Shown: positions 27,975 to 38,267, counted from the first letter of the stretch. The stretch: DNA of 64,000 bases from Minisyncoccota bacterium (GCA_035708165.1 DASSSZ010000001.1:89772-153771); one strand, 5' to 3'. The notes: generated from the sequence alone by a model not told the origin. Numbers and translations: made by a program.

Positions 27975-29306
27975 ATGACTCACATGCTTTCACAACTGCG
28001 CATCTTCGTTCCTTTTGCAACCGCAACTGCCATTCTGGCAGTCGGCCTCCTTTTCATCCTCCCGCATTCGATCGCATCCGCGTGCGGAAATCCTGGCGGA
28101 TGCAGTCTGACTTCTCCGAGTAGCAACGGGCCGGGCGGAAGCCAATATGACGGACCTCCAATCGGTCCAGCAGGAGGTCTGGCCGCAAATAGCGGCGGGA
28201 CAGGTAGTTTCATGGGTGATTTATATAATATGTCACCATCCGATCCTCAGTGGGGGGTGACCGGAGTTACGTCATCTCACGTTTTGGGCGCTGGAAATAC
28301 TGCCGATGTGGTTGGTTCTACGTGCAGCGGCTGCACCTCTCAAACCTTCTCCTACTCCAACGGCAACGGCACCTACAGCACCATCACCACCTTTTCCCAA
28401 AGCAACATATCAGGCAGCGGCAACCATGGCGGCAACCATGGCGGCACCCCTCCGGGCAGCGGGAGCTGTCCTGTCGGGACGACGCGCCAATCGAATGGCT
28501 CGTGCGTGCCGACTTTGCCAGGAGGTGGTACCCCGGTTCCAGGCAGCTGCCCAGCAGGCACGACCCTGCAATCGAACGGGACCTGCGTGCCGACCACCCC
28601 GAATTCATTCTGCTTCTTCGGCTACACTCTGACCGGGCAGCCATGCGATCCCGGCGTTACGAAGCCTCCCGTCTGTCCTCTCGGCTACACGATGCTCCCG
28701 AACGGTTCGTGTCAGCCAGCGGAATGGGGGACGTGCCAGATCAATTACTCGCTCCTCAATGGCTCCTGCGTACCGCCGGTCGGCGGATCTCCCAAGCCGC
28801 CATCATGCCCTTCGAACGAGACGCTCCAGCCGGACGGCACATGCATCCCATATCAGGGCGCAACGTGCAGCGCGCTCACCATCGGGCAGAACGGCGGGTA
28901 TTGCCCCACGGGCACTTATCCGTACCTCGGCCACTGCTATCCGCAGAATCAGTGCCGGACTGGCAGCACGAATCACAACTTCAATGCGGTCACGTGCTAC
29001 GGCATGCCCGTCCTCAGCTGCACCGGGGGGACACAGACGGCTCCCGCAAAGCCGGCCGTATCGATCAGCGCCAAGCCTGCTCTCGTCCGCACGGGCGAAT
29101 CCACGACCCTTTCGTGGAACGGCATCAACGCGGCAGAGTGCACGATCTCCGGCACTGATGGATTCCTCTCGCACGAGATCGCCGGGACAGCGACCATCAA
29201 CGATGTTACTGACCGTCGTGTCTATACCATCACGTGCGACAACGGCGGCCCGTCCGTCTCAGCCTCGACGACCGTGAGCATCCTGCCGGTCTGGCAAGAG
29301 ATCTAG
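27975..29306 (+). CDS. Secreted Cys-repeat surface protein with a C-terminal Ig-like domain
   Basis: Signal peptide; about 7 C-P-x-G-x(5-6)-G-x-C-x-P units; ISA.P.LV..GE.TTLSW...C...YTITC. Confidence 0.75.
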   Translation: MTHMLSQLRIFVPFATATAILAVGLLFILPHSIASACGNPGGCSLTSPSSNGPGGSQYDGPPIGPAGGLAANSGGTGSFMGDLYNMSPSDPQWGVTGVTSSHVLGAGNTADVVGSTCSGCTSQTFSYSNGNGTYSTITTFSQSNISGSGNHGGNHGGTPPGSGSCPVGTTRQSNGSCVPTLPGGGTPVPGSCPAGTTLQSNGTCVPTTPNSFCFFGYTLTGQPCDPGVTKPPVCPLGYTMLPNGSCQPAEWGTCQINYSLLNGSCVPPVGGSPKPPSCPSNETLQPDGTCIPYQGATCSALTIGQNGGYCPTGTYPYLGHCYPQNQCRTGSTNHNFNAVTCYGMPVLSCTGGTQTAPAKPAVSISAKPALVRTGESTTLSWNGINAAECTISGTDGFLSHEIAGTATINDVTDRRVYTITCDNGGPSVSASTTVSILPVWQEI

Positions 29307-29321
29307 AAGGGCTTCAGTATG

Positions 29322-29350
29322 AAAAGGCCGCGAGTATGCTCGCGGCCTTT
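29322..29350. terminator. Intrinsic terminator
   Basis: AAAGGCCGCGAG-TATG-CTCGCGGCCTTT. Confidence 0.75.
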
Positions 29351-29530
29351 CTGCGTTCATGGCCATTAATCACAGCCAGTCCTGGTGGTGATCGTGTCGA
29401 TGTTCCTGCCACACGCAAAGGGTGGGGATGCGTGCCCATCTTCCGAAATCCACATGTGCAGGAACTTGCGATTGCAGGATTTTCATTTTGTAGTAAAATT
29501 CGTCACAGTACTGAACCTTGAGGAGGACCA

Positions 29531-30679
29531 ATGAGGACGACAGTATTGCTTACCGGCGCTACCGGCGCACTCGGTTCGGTGCTCCTTGAGCGCCTGACCA
29601 GGAAAGGATATCGCGTTATCTGCCCAGTCCGCACCAGCCCGGGCCAGCACCCGAGCGAGCGGATCCGCGGATACCAGCGCGACCAAGTCATTGCGATACG
29701 TGGAGATATTACGGCGAGCCAATGCGGTGTCAGCGAGAGCGATATCGCGCAATGGAAGAACGAGATCGATTCGTTCATCCACAATGCCGCTTCTATCAGC
29801 TTCACGAAACCCGATGAAACCAATCGGACGAATATCGGGGGCGTCGTGAATGCCCTTGAGCTAGCTGAGCGCCTCGGCATCCGCCAATTCAGGCACATCA
29901 GCACTGCGTATATCGCAGGAACTGCCGATGCGTTCACTGAAGACGATCTGCTGATCGGACAGCAGTGGCGGAACGGGTATGAGCATACGAAGTACGTGGG
30001 CGAGACGATGGTGCAAGCCTGGGGATTGAATCATCCTGACTTGCGCTATGAAATCTACCGCCCATCGATCCTCATTGGAGAGAAGGACGGGACCACGCGA
30101 ACGTGGGATGCGTATTTCGGGTACTTCAAGCCGATCGCACAGACCGCACGGACACTTGTGTCTCGTACCACTGGCTTGCCGCCGGGAGCAGGGCGCACGC
30201 ATGATGGGTCTATCGGTCTCCCGATAGCGCTTATCGCTTCTCCCGCTACGACGCTTAATCTGGTACCCATCAGCTGGGCTGCGGATATGATCGCGAGTCG
30301 GATCGGAATGGAGGCGGCGAACAGCCGGTTCCACTTCGTCCATTCGCATCCACCGCGTGTCCAGGATGTCATCAGATGGTCGCTCGAAGCACTCGGTGTT
30401 TCCGGCGTCTCGGTCGTAGGAACTGAACAGGAACGGCATTCGTTCATCGCGCTCCAGCACCCGCTCATCCGGAAGCTTCAGCGGCAGGTTGACCGAATCC
30501 TGAGCCAGTATGCTCCGTATACGACCCACGAGGCTCGCTTCAGCTCCGTGGTGACGTCCCTCAAGATGGGGGATGACTTCCGTGCGCCTCCCGCTATCGA
30601 CCGTGATTACCTGCATCGACTGATGCGGTATGCAACCGATTCGGATTGGGGTGCATTGAAGACAGTGCCGGCAGAATAA
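29531..30679 (+). CDS. Extended SDR, fatty-acyl-CoA/thioester reductase-like (NAD_binding_4)
   Basis: TGATG.LG, HNAA...F, N..G, HISTAY, YE.TK, RPSI; strong GAGGAGG SD. Confidence 0.85.
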   Translation: MRTTVLLTGATGALGSVLLERLTRKGYRVICPVRTSPGQHPSERIRGYQRDQVIAIRGDITASQCGVSESDIAQWKNEIDSFIHNAASISFTKPDETNRTNIGGVVNALELAERLGIRQFRHISTAYIAGTADAFTEDDLLIGQQWRNGYEHTKYVGETMVQAWGLNHPDLRYEIYRPSILIGEKDGTTRTWDAYFGYFKPIAQTARTLVSRTTGLPPGAGRTHDGSIGLPIALIASPATTLNLVPISWAADMIASRIGMEAANSRFHFVHSHPPRVQDVIRWSLEALGVSGVSVVGTEQERHSFIALQHPLIRKLQRQVDRILSQYAPYTTHEARFSSVVTSLKMGDDFRAPPAIDRDYLHRLMRYATDSDWGALKTVPAE

Positions 30680-30690
30680 GGCACACATCT

Positions 30691-30718
30691 GAAAAGGCGC
30701 GGCTTCCGCGCCTTTTCC
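30691..30718. terminator. Intrinsic terminator
   Basis: GAAAAGGCGCGG-CTT-CCGCGCCTTTTC. Confidence 0.75.
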
Positions 30719-30739
30719 ATTTCCTGCTATCATTCATGC

Positions 30740-32380
30740 ATGCTGCTGAGCATGCCGCTCTTCGCTCTTTCCGGCATCTGCATCGCCGCCTCGAGCGGCG
30801 TCATGGCATTCATCATGTTCCTGGTGGGGAGCAGCAAGCTCCATCGGCTCTGGGGGTGTTTCTGCATCTCCGTATTCTTATGGGGCCTCGGCGCCTATTT
30901 CATCGGGACCGCCGCAGGTCCCGAGCAGGCAGATCTCTGGTGGCGCATCGCGCATATCGGCGTCGCTTTCATCCCGACACTCTTCCTCCATTTCACATAC
31001 GCCTTTCTCAGCCTCAAGCGACCGCGTACGCTCATTATTTTCTACTTCATTTCGTTCGCGTTCAGTGTGCTTGCGCTCTTTTCGAACGATCTCATCGCAA
31101 ACATGCGCTTCGTCTTCGGTGAGTTCTATTATGACTCGCCGCCAGGTGTGCTATATCCGCTCTTCACCGCATTCTTCTTCGGCACAACCATCTTCAGCCA
31201 TTTCCTCCTGTACCAGGCATACCGGGATGGCACACTGAGTGAGGCGACCCGATTGCAGCGGGCCCGCATCCGCTATTTCTTCCTGGGGATGCTCATCAGC
31301 TTCGCAGGCGGGAGCCTGAGCTTCCTGCCGGTCTATGGGCTCGATATCTATCCCATCACGAACTTCGCAGTGATCCTGTATCCGATCGTCATCGGGTATG
31401 CCATTCTCAAGCTGCAGCTCTTCGATATCAGGGTCGCGGCAGCACAAGGCCTCACCGTCCTGCTCTGGATTTTCGTCGGCATTCGGCTCGCGCTTTCGAC
31501 CGACACCAGAGAAGCATGGATCAATGGGACGCTGCTTGTGGCGGTCATTTTCCTCGGCATCTTCCTCATCCGCAGTGTGAATAAAGAAATCGAGACACGC
31601 ATCCGGGCACAGAAGCTCGCGAATGATCTCGAGCATGCGAACGAGCGCTTGCGCGAGCTCGATAAGCAGAAGACGGAATTCGTCTCGATCGCCGCGCACC
31701 AGCTGCGCACGCCGATTACTGCCATCAAAGGCTACTCCTCGCTCATCCTCGAAGGCTCGTACGGCAAGCTCACGAAGAAGCTCGCGGAGCCGCTGCAGAC
31801 CATCTACGACTCGAGCGATCGCATGGCCGATACGATCGACGACTTCCTCAATGTCTCGCGTATCGAACTCGGCCGCATGGAGTACCACATGGAGCCGTTC
31901 GATCTCGCGCACGCGGTGGAGCAGACGGTCGATACGTTCCAGCTCACAGCCAAGCAGAAAGGACTCGATCTCACATATATGACGGACGAGTGCGCGCACG
32001 AATCGCACACGGTCAATGCCGATCCGGCCAAGATCCAGCACGTCATCAACAATCTCATCGACAATGCGATCAAGTACACGCTGAAGGGGAGCGTCGCCGT
32101 CCGGCTCTCGTGCGACACTGTCAATCACATGGCGAAAGTCTCGGTCACGGATAGCGGGGCAGGAATCCCGAAGGAAGCGCTCTCGAAGCTCTTCGAAAAG
32201 TTCGTCCGTGCCAAGAACGCGAACAGCGTGAATGTCTCGGGGTCCGGGCTCGGCCTCTACGTGGCGAAGCAGATGATCGTCGCGCATCAGGGCCGGATCT
32301 GGGCCGAATCGGAGGGGGTGGGGAAGGGCGCGACCTTCTCCTTCGAGCTGCCCCTCATGGACGGGAGCGCCACAGCGTGA
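30740..32380 (+). CDS. Sensor histidine kinase with a multi-TM (7TM-type) N-terminus
   Basis: H-box AHQLRTP, N-box NLIDNAIKY, D.G.G, G.GLGL, G.GATF. Confidence 0.92.
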   Translation: MLLSMPLFALSGICIAASSGVMAFIMFLVGSSKLHRLWGCFCISVFLWGLGAYFIGTAAGPEQADLWWRIAHIGVAFIPTLFLHFTYAFLSLKRPRTLIIFYFISFAFSVLALFSNDLIANMRFVFGEFYYDSPPGVLYPLFTAFFFGTTIFSHFLLYQAYRDGTLSEATRLQRARIRYFFLGMLISFAGGSLSFLPVYGLDIYPITNFAVILYPIVIGYAILKLQLFDIRVAAAQGLTVLLWIFVGIRLALSTDTREAWINGTLLVAVIFLGIFLIRSVNKEIETRIRAQKLANDLEHANERLRELDKQKTEFVSIAAHQLRTPITAIKGYSSLILEGSYGKLTKKLAEPLQTIYDSSDRMADTIDDFLNVSRIELGRMEYHMEPFDLAHAVEQTVDTFQLTAKQKGLDLTYMTDECAHESHTVNADPAKIQHVINNLIDNAIKYTLKGSVAVRLSCDTVNHMAKVSVTDSGAGIPKEALSKLFEKFVRAKNANSVNVSGSGLGLYVAKQMIVAHQGRIWAESEGVGKGATFSFELPLMDGSATA

Positions 32381-32415
32381 TTTGAGAAGGCGGCTCAATC
32401 TGGTAACATTTCAAT

Positions 32416-33363
32416 ATGTCAGACGCTAAGAAACGGCTCCTTTCGGGCGTCAAGCCGACCGGCAGGCCGCATATCGGCAATTACTTCGGCGCGATGAAGC
32501 AGTTCGTCGACCTTGCCGGAAGCCACGAGAGCTTCGTCTTCGTCGCGGATTACCATGCGCTCAACTTCGTGCAGGACGGGAGCGAGATGCGCCAGCTCAT
32601 CATCGGCCTCGTGAAGGACTATCTCGCGATCGGGCTCGACCCGGCGCAGGTGACGCTTTTCAAGCAGTCCGACGTGAGCGAGCATGCGGAGCTCGCGTGG
32701 ATCTTCGATACCATCACCACGATGCCGTACCTCATGCGGGCGCATGCATTCAAGGACGCGGAAGCCAAGAGCAAGGAGATCAGCGTCGGCACCTTCAACT
32801 ACCCGATGCTCATGGCGGCCGACATCCTGCTCTATGATGCTGATGCAGTCCCGGTAGGGCAGGACCAGAAGCAGCATATCGAGTATGCGCGCGATACGGC
32901 GGAGAAATTCAACCGCATCTTCGGCGAGACCTTCGCGCTCCCGGAAGAGATCATCCCTGAGGCGGTCGCTACCGTGCCCGGGACCGACGGGCGCAAGATG
33001 AGCAAGAGCTACGGCAACACCATCCCGCTCTTCGGAAGCCGGGAGGAGATCGAGAAGGCCGTGATGGGCATCGTGACTGACTCCGCGGCCGGCCGGCCGG
33101 CGAATGTCTACGCCATCCATGCGCTCCTCAAGCCGCAGGCGGAGCTCGAGTCGCTCTATGCAGCGAACGAGGGGAGTTACAAAGCCCTCAAGGAAGCCCT
33201 GATCGAGGACTTGGACGCATTCATCGCTCCGCTGCGCGAGAAGCGCGATGCGATCTCCGATGAGGAGGCGATCAGCGTGCTCTCGGAAGGTGGCAGGAAA
33301 GCGAAAGCCATCGCATCCGCGAAGATGGCGGACGTCCGCCGGAAGATCGGCGTTACCCTCTAA
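32416..33363 (+). CDS. trpS: Tryptophan--tRNA ligase
   Basis: PTG..HIGNY, YP.LMAADIL, VG.DQ.QH, KMSKS. Confidence 0.98.
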   Translation: MSDAKKRLLSGVKPTGRPHIGNYFGAMKQFVDLAGSHESFVFVADYHALNFVQDGSEMRQLIIGLVKDYLAIGLDPAQVTLFKQSDVSEHAELAWIFDTITTMPYLMRAHAFKDAEAKSKEISVGTFNYPMLMAADILLYDADAVPVGQDQKQHIEYARDTAEKFNRIFGETFALPEEIIPEAVATVPGTDGRKMSKSYGNTIPLFGSREEIEKAVMGIVTDSAAGRPANVYAIHALLKPQAELESLYAANEGSYKALKEALIEDLDAFIAPLREKRDAISDEEAISVLSEGGRKAKAIASAKMADVRRKIGVTL

Positions 33364-33375
33364 TCCTTTCACACC

Positions 33376-34737
33376 ATGACCCGCACCCTTATCGGCGAGC
33401 TCGCAGCGCATATCGGCGAGGCAGTCAGCATCGAAGGTTCCGTCGATGTCGCGCGCAATCAGGGCAAGATGGCATTCTTCGATTTCCGCGACCGTACCGG
33501 GACGGTGCAGGGCGTCGTCTTCGGCAAGCCGGACGTGCTCGCGATCGCGCAGGCGCTGCGGCAGGAGTGGGTCGTGCGCATCGCGGGAGTGGTGAACGAG
33601 CGTCCGGAGAAGATGCGGCGGGACGTGCCGAACGGGTCCATCGAGCTCGAGATTACGGCGATCGAGGTCCTGGCCGAGGCTGATGCCATGCCATTCGACA
33701 CGGATGCCGAGCTCAATATCGATACGATGATGGATAACCGCCCGCTCACGCTGCGCCGCCCGCGCGAGCGCGCGATCTTCCGCATCCAGGCCGAGATCGT
33801 CCGCGCCTACCGCGACTTCCTCAATGGCGAAGGCTTCACGGAGTTCCAGGCGCCGAAGTTCGTCGGCGATGACGCCGAAGGCGGCGGCAATGTCTTCCGC
33901 GTCGAGTACTTCAAGGACAAGAGCGCCTACCTCGCGACGAGCCCGCAGCTCTATAAGCAGATCATGGTCGGCGTCTTTGAGCGCGTGTTCGCGGTCGGCA
34001 ACGTCTTCCGCGCGGAGAAGCACGCCACCACGCGCCACCTCAACGAGTACACCTCGCTCGATATCGAGATGGGCTTCATCGAGGATCATACGACCGTGAT
34101 GGCGCTCGAGGAGCGCTTCATGCGCTTCCTCGCAGAGAGGCTACGGGAGCGCTGCGCAGCGGACTTCGCCGCCCTGGGTGCCGAGATTCCGCGATTTGCA
34201 GATTCCGAGATTCCGCGATTGAAGCTCCGCGAAGCGCAGGCGCTCATCAGCAAGGAAACGGGCGTGGATTGCACCGCAGAGCCCGATCTCGAGCCGGAGC
34301 ACGAGCGCTGGCTCTGCGAGTGGGCGAAGAAGGAGCACGGAAGCGATTTCGTCTTCATCACGCACTATCCCGTCTCGAAGCGCCCGTTCTACACCTACGA
34401 GGACGAAGCGGATCCCGGCTTCACCAAGAGCTTCGACCTGCTCTTCCGCGGCGTGGAGATCACGACCGGCGGCCAGCGCGAGCACCGGTACGATGAGCTC
34501 ATCAGGAAGCTGGAAGCGAAGGGTCTCAAGCCGGAGAATTTCCAGTTCTACCTCATGGCCTTCAAGTACGGCATGCCGCCGCACGGCGGATGGGGGATGG
34601 GCCTCGAACGCCTGACGCAGAAGCTCATCGGGCTCGACAACGTCAAGGAAGCGACGCTCTTCCCGCGCGATATGAACCGCATCGACGTCCTGCTCTCCAC
34701 GGCGGACGTGCCGGCCGAGTCGGGCGAGACCGATTAG
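33376..34737 (+). CDS. aspS: Aspartate--tRNA(Asp/Asn) ligase, short type
   Basis: OB fold; SPQLYKQ, FRAE.H.T.RH.NEY, GGQREH, PPHGG.G.GLER, LFPRD. Confidence 0.93.
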   Translation: MTRTLIGELAAHIGEAVSIEGSVDVARNQGKMAFFDFRDRTGTVQGVVFGKPDVLAIAQALRQEWVVRIAGVVNERPEKMRRDVPNGSIELEITAIEVLAEADAMPFDTDAELNIDTMMDNRPLTLRRPRERAIFRIQAEIVRAYRDFLNGEGFTEFQAPKFVGDDAEGGGNVFRVEYFKDKSAYLATSPQLYKQIMVGVFERVFAVGNVFRAEKHATTRHLNEYTSLDIEMGFIEDHTTVMALEERFMRFLAERLRERCAADFAALGAEIPRFADSEIPRLKLREAQALISKETGVDCTAEPDLEPEHERWLCEWAKKEHGSDFVFITHYPVSKRPFYTYEDEADPGFTKSFDLLFRGVEITTGGQREHRYDELIRKLEAKGLKPENFQFYLMAFKYGMPPHGGWGMGLERLTQKLIGLDNVKEATLFPRDMNRIDVLLSTADVPAESGETD

Positions 34738-34780
34738 CCGCGCGTGACGCCCCGCACGCAGCACGCGGTATACTAAGCGC

Positions 34781-35500
34781 ATGGCCGCCGCATTCAGCGT
34801 CCGCACCAGGAGCTACGAAGGCCCGCTCGATCTCCTCCTCACCCTCATCCAGGAGCGGAAGCTCTACATCAACGAGATCGCGCTCGCGGCAGTGACCGAT
34901 GCGTACCTCTCGTATCTCAGCGAGCACACTGAGCACCCGATGGCGGAGACGGCTGAGTTCGTCGCTATTGCCGCGACGCTCCTCCTCATCAAGTCGCGCT
35001 CGCTCCTGCCGTCGATGCAGCTCACCGAGGACGAGGAACAGGATATTTCCGAACTCGAGCGGCGGCTCCGCCTCTACCGCATCTTCCGGAGCGCGAGCCG
35101 CGCGCTCGGACGGCGGTTCAACGCGGCGCCGCTCCTGCCGTCCCGCTACCGGCCGCTCGAGCCGATCCGCTTCCGGCCGGGCGATGCCACCCTTGAGGCG
35201 CTGCACGCGGCAGCGCGCTCGCTCCTCGAGACGCTGCCCTCGGCTGCATTCCGGCCGGAAGTCCGGATCGCGGCGACGATGAGCATCGAGGAAGCCGTCG
35301 AGAAGCTCCAGGAGCGTATCCGCAGGACTGCGCGGATGCTCTTCAGCGAGATCCGGGCGGGCGGCAGCAAGGCCGATGTCATCGTGCATTTCCTCGCCCT
35401 CCTCGAGCTCATCAAAGGCGGCATCGTATCCGCAGAGCAGCAGGGGACGTTCGATGATATCGTGGTCGTTACTGATACGATAGAGACGCCATCCTATTGA
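34781..35500 (+). CDS. scpA: Segregation/condensation protein A
   Basis: YEGPLDLLL.LI, AA.LL.IKSR.LLP, FLALLEL.K. Confidence 0.93.
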   Translation: MAAAFSVRTRSYEGPLDLLLTLIQERKLYINEIALAAVTDAYLSYLSEHTEHPMAETAEFVAIAATLLLIKSRSLLPSMQLTEDEEQDISELERRLRLYRIFRSASRALGRRFNAAPLLPSRYRPLEPIRFRPGDATLEALHAAARSLLETLPSAAFRPEVRIAATMSIEEAVEKLQERIRRTARMLFSEIRAGGSKADVIVHFLALLELIKGGIVSAEQQGTFDDIVVVTDTIETPSY

Positions 35501-35501
35501 T

Positions 35502-36191
35502 ATGCCGATCCATCCCAACACGACCCAGCTCCTGCCCGATGCGCCGCTCGATGCGCGTATCGAGGCGCTCCTCTTCGCGACCGGGAGCGCCATCAGCCGG
35601 GCCGCGCTCGCACGGCAGCTCGGCTGCGACACTGCCACCCTCGACGCGGCACTCGAAGCGCTCGTAGCGCGGCTTGCGGGAACCGGGCTCGCCCTCATCG
35701 AGACGGAGCGCGCTGTCTCGCTCGCCACGGCACCTGCCGTCGCGGATACGCTCGCGAGCATGCGCCGCTCGCAATTCGACGGCGATCTCGGCCAGGCCGG
35801 GCTCGAGGTGCTCGCGATCATCCTCTACCGGCAGCCAGCGACTCGTGCGGCCATCGATTACATCCGCGGCGTCAATTCCGCGGCTACGATCCGCGCACTT
35901 ACCATGCGCGGCCTGATCGAGCGTGCGGCAGGGAAGGGGAGCGACGATTCCGCGACCTACCGGGTCACGCCGGCGGCGCTCGCGCACCTCGGTGTCATGC
36001 ACGAGAGCGACATTCCCGAGTACGCGGCCGTCCGCGCCGAGCTCGATGCGTTCGAAGCGCGAGCCGAGCGCGCGACGGACGGCGAGCCGGAATCGGATGC
36101 GCCGGAGGGCGAGGATGGGAAGACAGGCGCGGGCGAGGATGCTACCATGCCAGGGTCTCATGCCGCCGATCCTGCCGACACCGCCGCGTAA
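35502..36191 (+). CDS. scpB: Segregation/condensation protein B
   Basis: IEALLF, LE.LAII.YRQP.TR..I..IRGV. Confidence 0.93.
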   Translation: MPIHPNTTQLLPDAPLDARIEALLFATGSAISRAALARQLGCDTATLDAALEALVARLAGTGLALIETERAVSLATAPAVADTLASMRRSQFDGDLGQAGLEVLAIILYRQPATRAAIDYIRGVNSAATIRALTMRGLIERAAGKGSDDSATYRVTPAALAHLGVMHESDIPEYAAVRAELDAFEARAERATDGEPESDAPEGEDGKTGAGEDATMPGSHAADPADTAA

Positions 36192-37143
36192 GCCCTCGAG
36201 GGGCCCGGTCATTGCCGGGCTCGCTCTCGCGTTGCTCGTGTGCGGCGGCGCGATCGGCGCGGCCGGCCTCTTCGCGAGCGTCAGCTCGCATGGCCGCGCG
36301 CAAGTCGCCGCGGCAGCCGCTGCCGTGCCCGCGAACGACCCCTTTGCGGATATCTCGCTTACGGCGAAGTCGGCGTTCGTCTACGACGTGAAGACGGGGC
36401 AGATCCTCTATGCGAAGAACGCGGAGACCCCGATGGCGCTCGCCTCGGTGACGAAGGTGATGATGGCGATCGTGGCCGAGGAAGAGCTCGGTCCGGACGC
36501 GACCGTGACCATCACCGATTCAGCGATCGCCCAGGACGGGGATAGCGGCCTCTTCGCCGGGGAGCAGTGGCGCATGGAGGATCTGCTCCACTTCACGCTC
36601 ATCATGTCGAGCAACGACGGCGCCGAAGCGCTCGCCGAAGCTGCCGCAAAGAAGATCGAGGCGCAGTTCCCTGAGGCGCCGCGGGATACCCCGGCCGCAG
36701 CAGCGATCTGGATGATGAACCGGAAGGCCAAGGAGCTCGGGCTCACGCAGACCTTCTATGTGGATAGCAACGGGCTCGACGTCAGCACCTCGATGGCGGG
36801 CGCCTACGGCTCCGCCCGCGATATCGCCGTCCTCTTCGCCTACGCGATCGCGCACGATGCAAGCGCGTTCGAGAACACGACGAACCAGACGGAGACATTC
36901 ACGAGCCTCTCCGGCTACACGCATACCGCGTACGCGACCAACGAATCCATCGGGGATATCCCCGGCCTTATCGCAGGGAAGACCGGCTTCACGGACCTCG
37001 CCGGCGGGAACCTCGTGATCGCGTTCGATTCCTCGATCGGCCATCCCGTCGTCGTAGTGGCGCTCGGCTCGACGGAAGACGGCCGTTTCAGCGATGTGGA
37101 GGCGCTCGCGAAGGCCGCCCGGGAGGAGATCGCGCAGGAATAA
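36160..37143 (+). CDS. D-Ala-D-Ala carboxypeptidase (S11)
   Basis: TM anchor; ASVTK (SxxK), SSND (SxN), GKTG; start overlaps the scpB tail. Confidence 0.9.
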   Translation: MPPILPTPPRKPSRGPVIAGLALALLVCGGAIGAAGLFASVSSHGRAQVAAAAAAVPANDPFADISLTAKSAFVYDVKTGQILYAKNAETPMALASVTKVMMAIVAEEELGPDATVTITDSAIAQDGDSGLFAGEQWRMEDLLHFTLIMSSNDGAEALAEAAAKKIEAQFPEAPRDTPAAAAIWMMNRKAKELGLTQTFYVDSNGLDVSTSMAGAYGSARDIAVLFAYAIAHDASAFENTTNQTETFTSLSGYTHTAYATNESIGDIPGLIAGKTGFTDLAGGNLVIAFDSSIGHPVVVVALGSTEDGRFSDVEALAKAAREEIAQE

Positions 37144-37187
37144 TACGGGCAGGGCGGCGCCAGGGAGCGTGCTATACTGCTGCCAAT

Positions 37188-38261
37188 ATGGATGTCCCGA
37201 ACATCGTGAAGGTCATCACGCCGGCGGTGGCAGCCTTCGTGATCGGCATTGCCGGGACGCCGCTCCTGACTCATTATCTCTATGCCTACAAGGCCTGGAA
37301 GAAGAAGCCGGGCAAGGTGGCGCTCGACGGGACGGAAGCGACCGAATTCAACCGTCTCCATGGCCACAAGGACGGCGACGAGAACCACACCCCGCGCCTC
37401 GGGGGCATCGTCATCTGGGGCAGCGTGACCATTACCATCATCGGCGTCTGGCTCCTCGCCCGGCTCTTCCCGATGACCGCGCTCGGGAAACTCGATTTCT
37501 TCAGCCGCAGCCAGACATGGATCCCGCTCATGACGCTTCTCGTCGGCGCGATCGTCGGCTTCTTCAATGACATCCTCGATATCCGCGGCATCGTGCACGG
37601 GCTCAAGCTGCGGCATCGCATCGGCATCATCACCGTGCTCTCGCTCTTCATCGGCTGGTGGTTCTGGGCCAAGCTCGGCATCATCGGGGTCTCCATCCCG
37701 TTCGATGGCGTGCTCTATCTCGGCTGGCTCATCATCCCGTTCTTCGTGCTGGTCTCGATCGCGCTGTACGCCTCCGGCGTGATCGACGGCATCGACGGGC
37801 TCTCGGGCGGCGTGTTCGCCTCGATCTTCGCCAGCTACGCGATCATCGCTTTCAGCCAGCAGCAGATCGACCTCGCCGCGTTCGCGGCGACGGTCGCCGG
37901 CGGCATCCTCGCGTTCCTCTGGTTCAATATCCCGCCAGCTCGCTTCTACATGACCGAGACCGGCACGATGGGCCTCACGCTCACGATCGCGGTCCTCGCG
38001 TTCATGACCGATTCGATCGCCGACGGAATCGGCATCTCCGTCCTGCCGATCGTGGGGGGCCTCCTCGTGGTGACCGTCGCATCCAATATCCTGCAGATCC
38101 TCTCCAAGCGCATCCTGGGACGAAAGCTCTTCCGTATCGCGCCGCTGCATCACCATTTCGAGGCCATCGGCTGGCCCGGCTACAAGGTGACGATGCGCTA
38201 CTGGGTGCTCTCGATCGTCCTTGCCTTCGCCGGCGTCATCCTCGCGATCATTGCCTCTTAA
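37188..38261 (+). CDS. mraY: Phospho-MurNAc-pentapeptide transferase
   Basis: TP..GG, DG.DGL, WFN..PA, APLHHHFE..GW. Confidence 0.93.
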   Translation: MDVPNIVKVITPAVAAFVIGIAGTPLLTHYLYAYKAWKKKPGKVALDGTEATEFNRLHGHKDGDENHTPRLGGIVIWGSVTITIIGVWLLARLFPMTALGKLDFFSRSQTWIPLMTLLVGAIVGFFNDILDIRGIVHGLKLRHRIGIITVLSLFIGWWFWAKLGIIGVSIPFDGVLYLGWLIIPFFVLVSIALYASGVIDGIDGLSGGVFASIFASYAIIAFSQQQIDLAAFAATVAGGILAFLWFNIPPARFYMTETGTMGLTLTIAVLAFMTDSIADGIGISVLPIVGGLLVVTVASNILQILSKRILGRKLFRIAPLHHHFEAIGWPGYKVTMRYWVLSIVLAFAGVILAIIAS

Positions 38262-38267
38262 GGCCGT

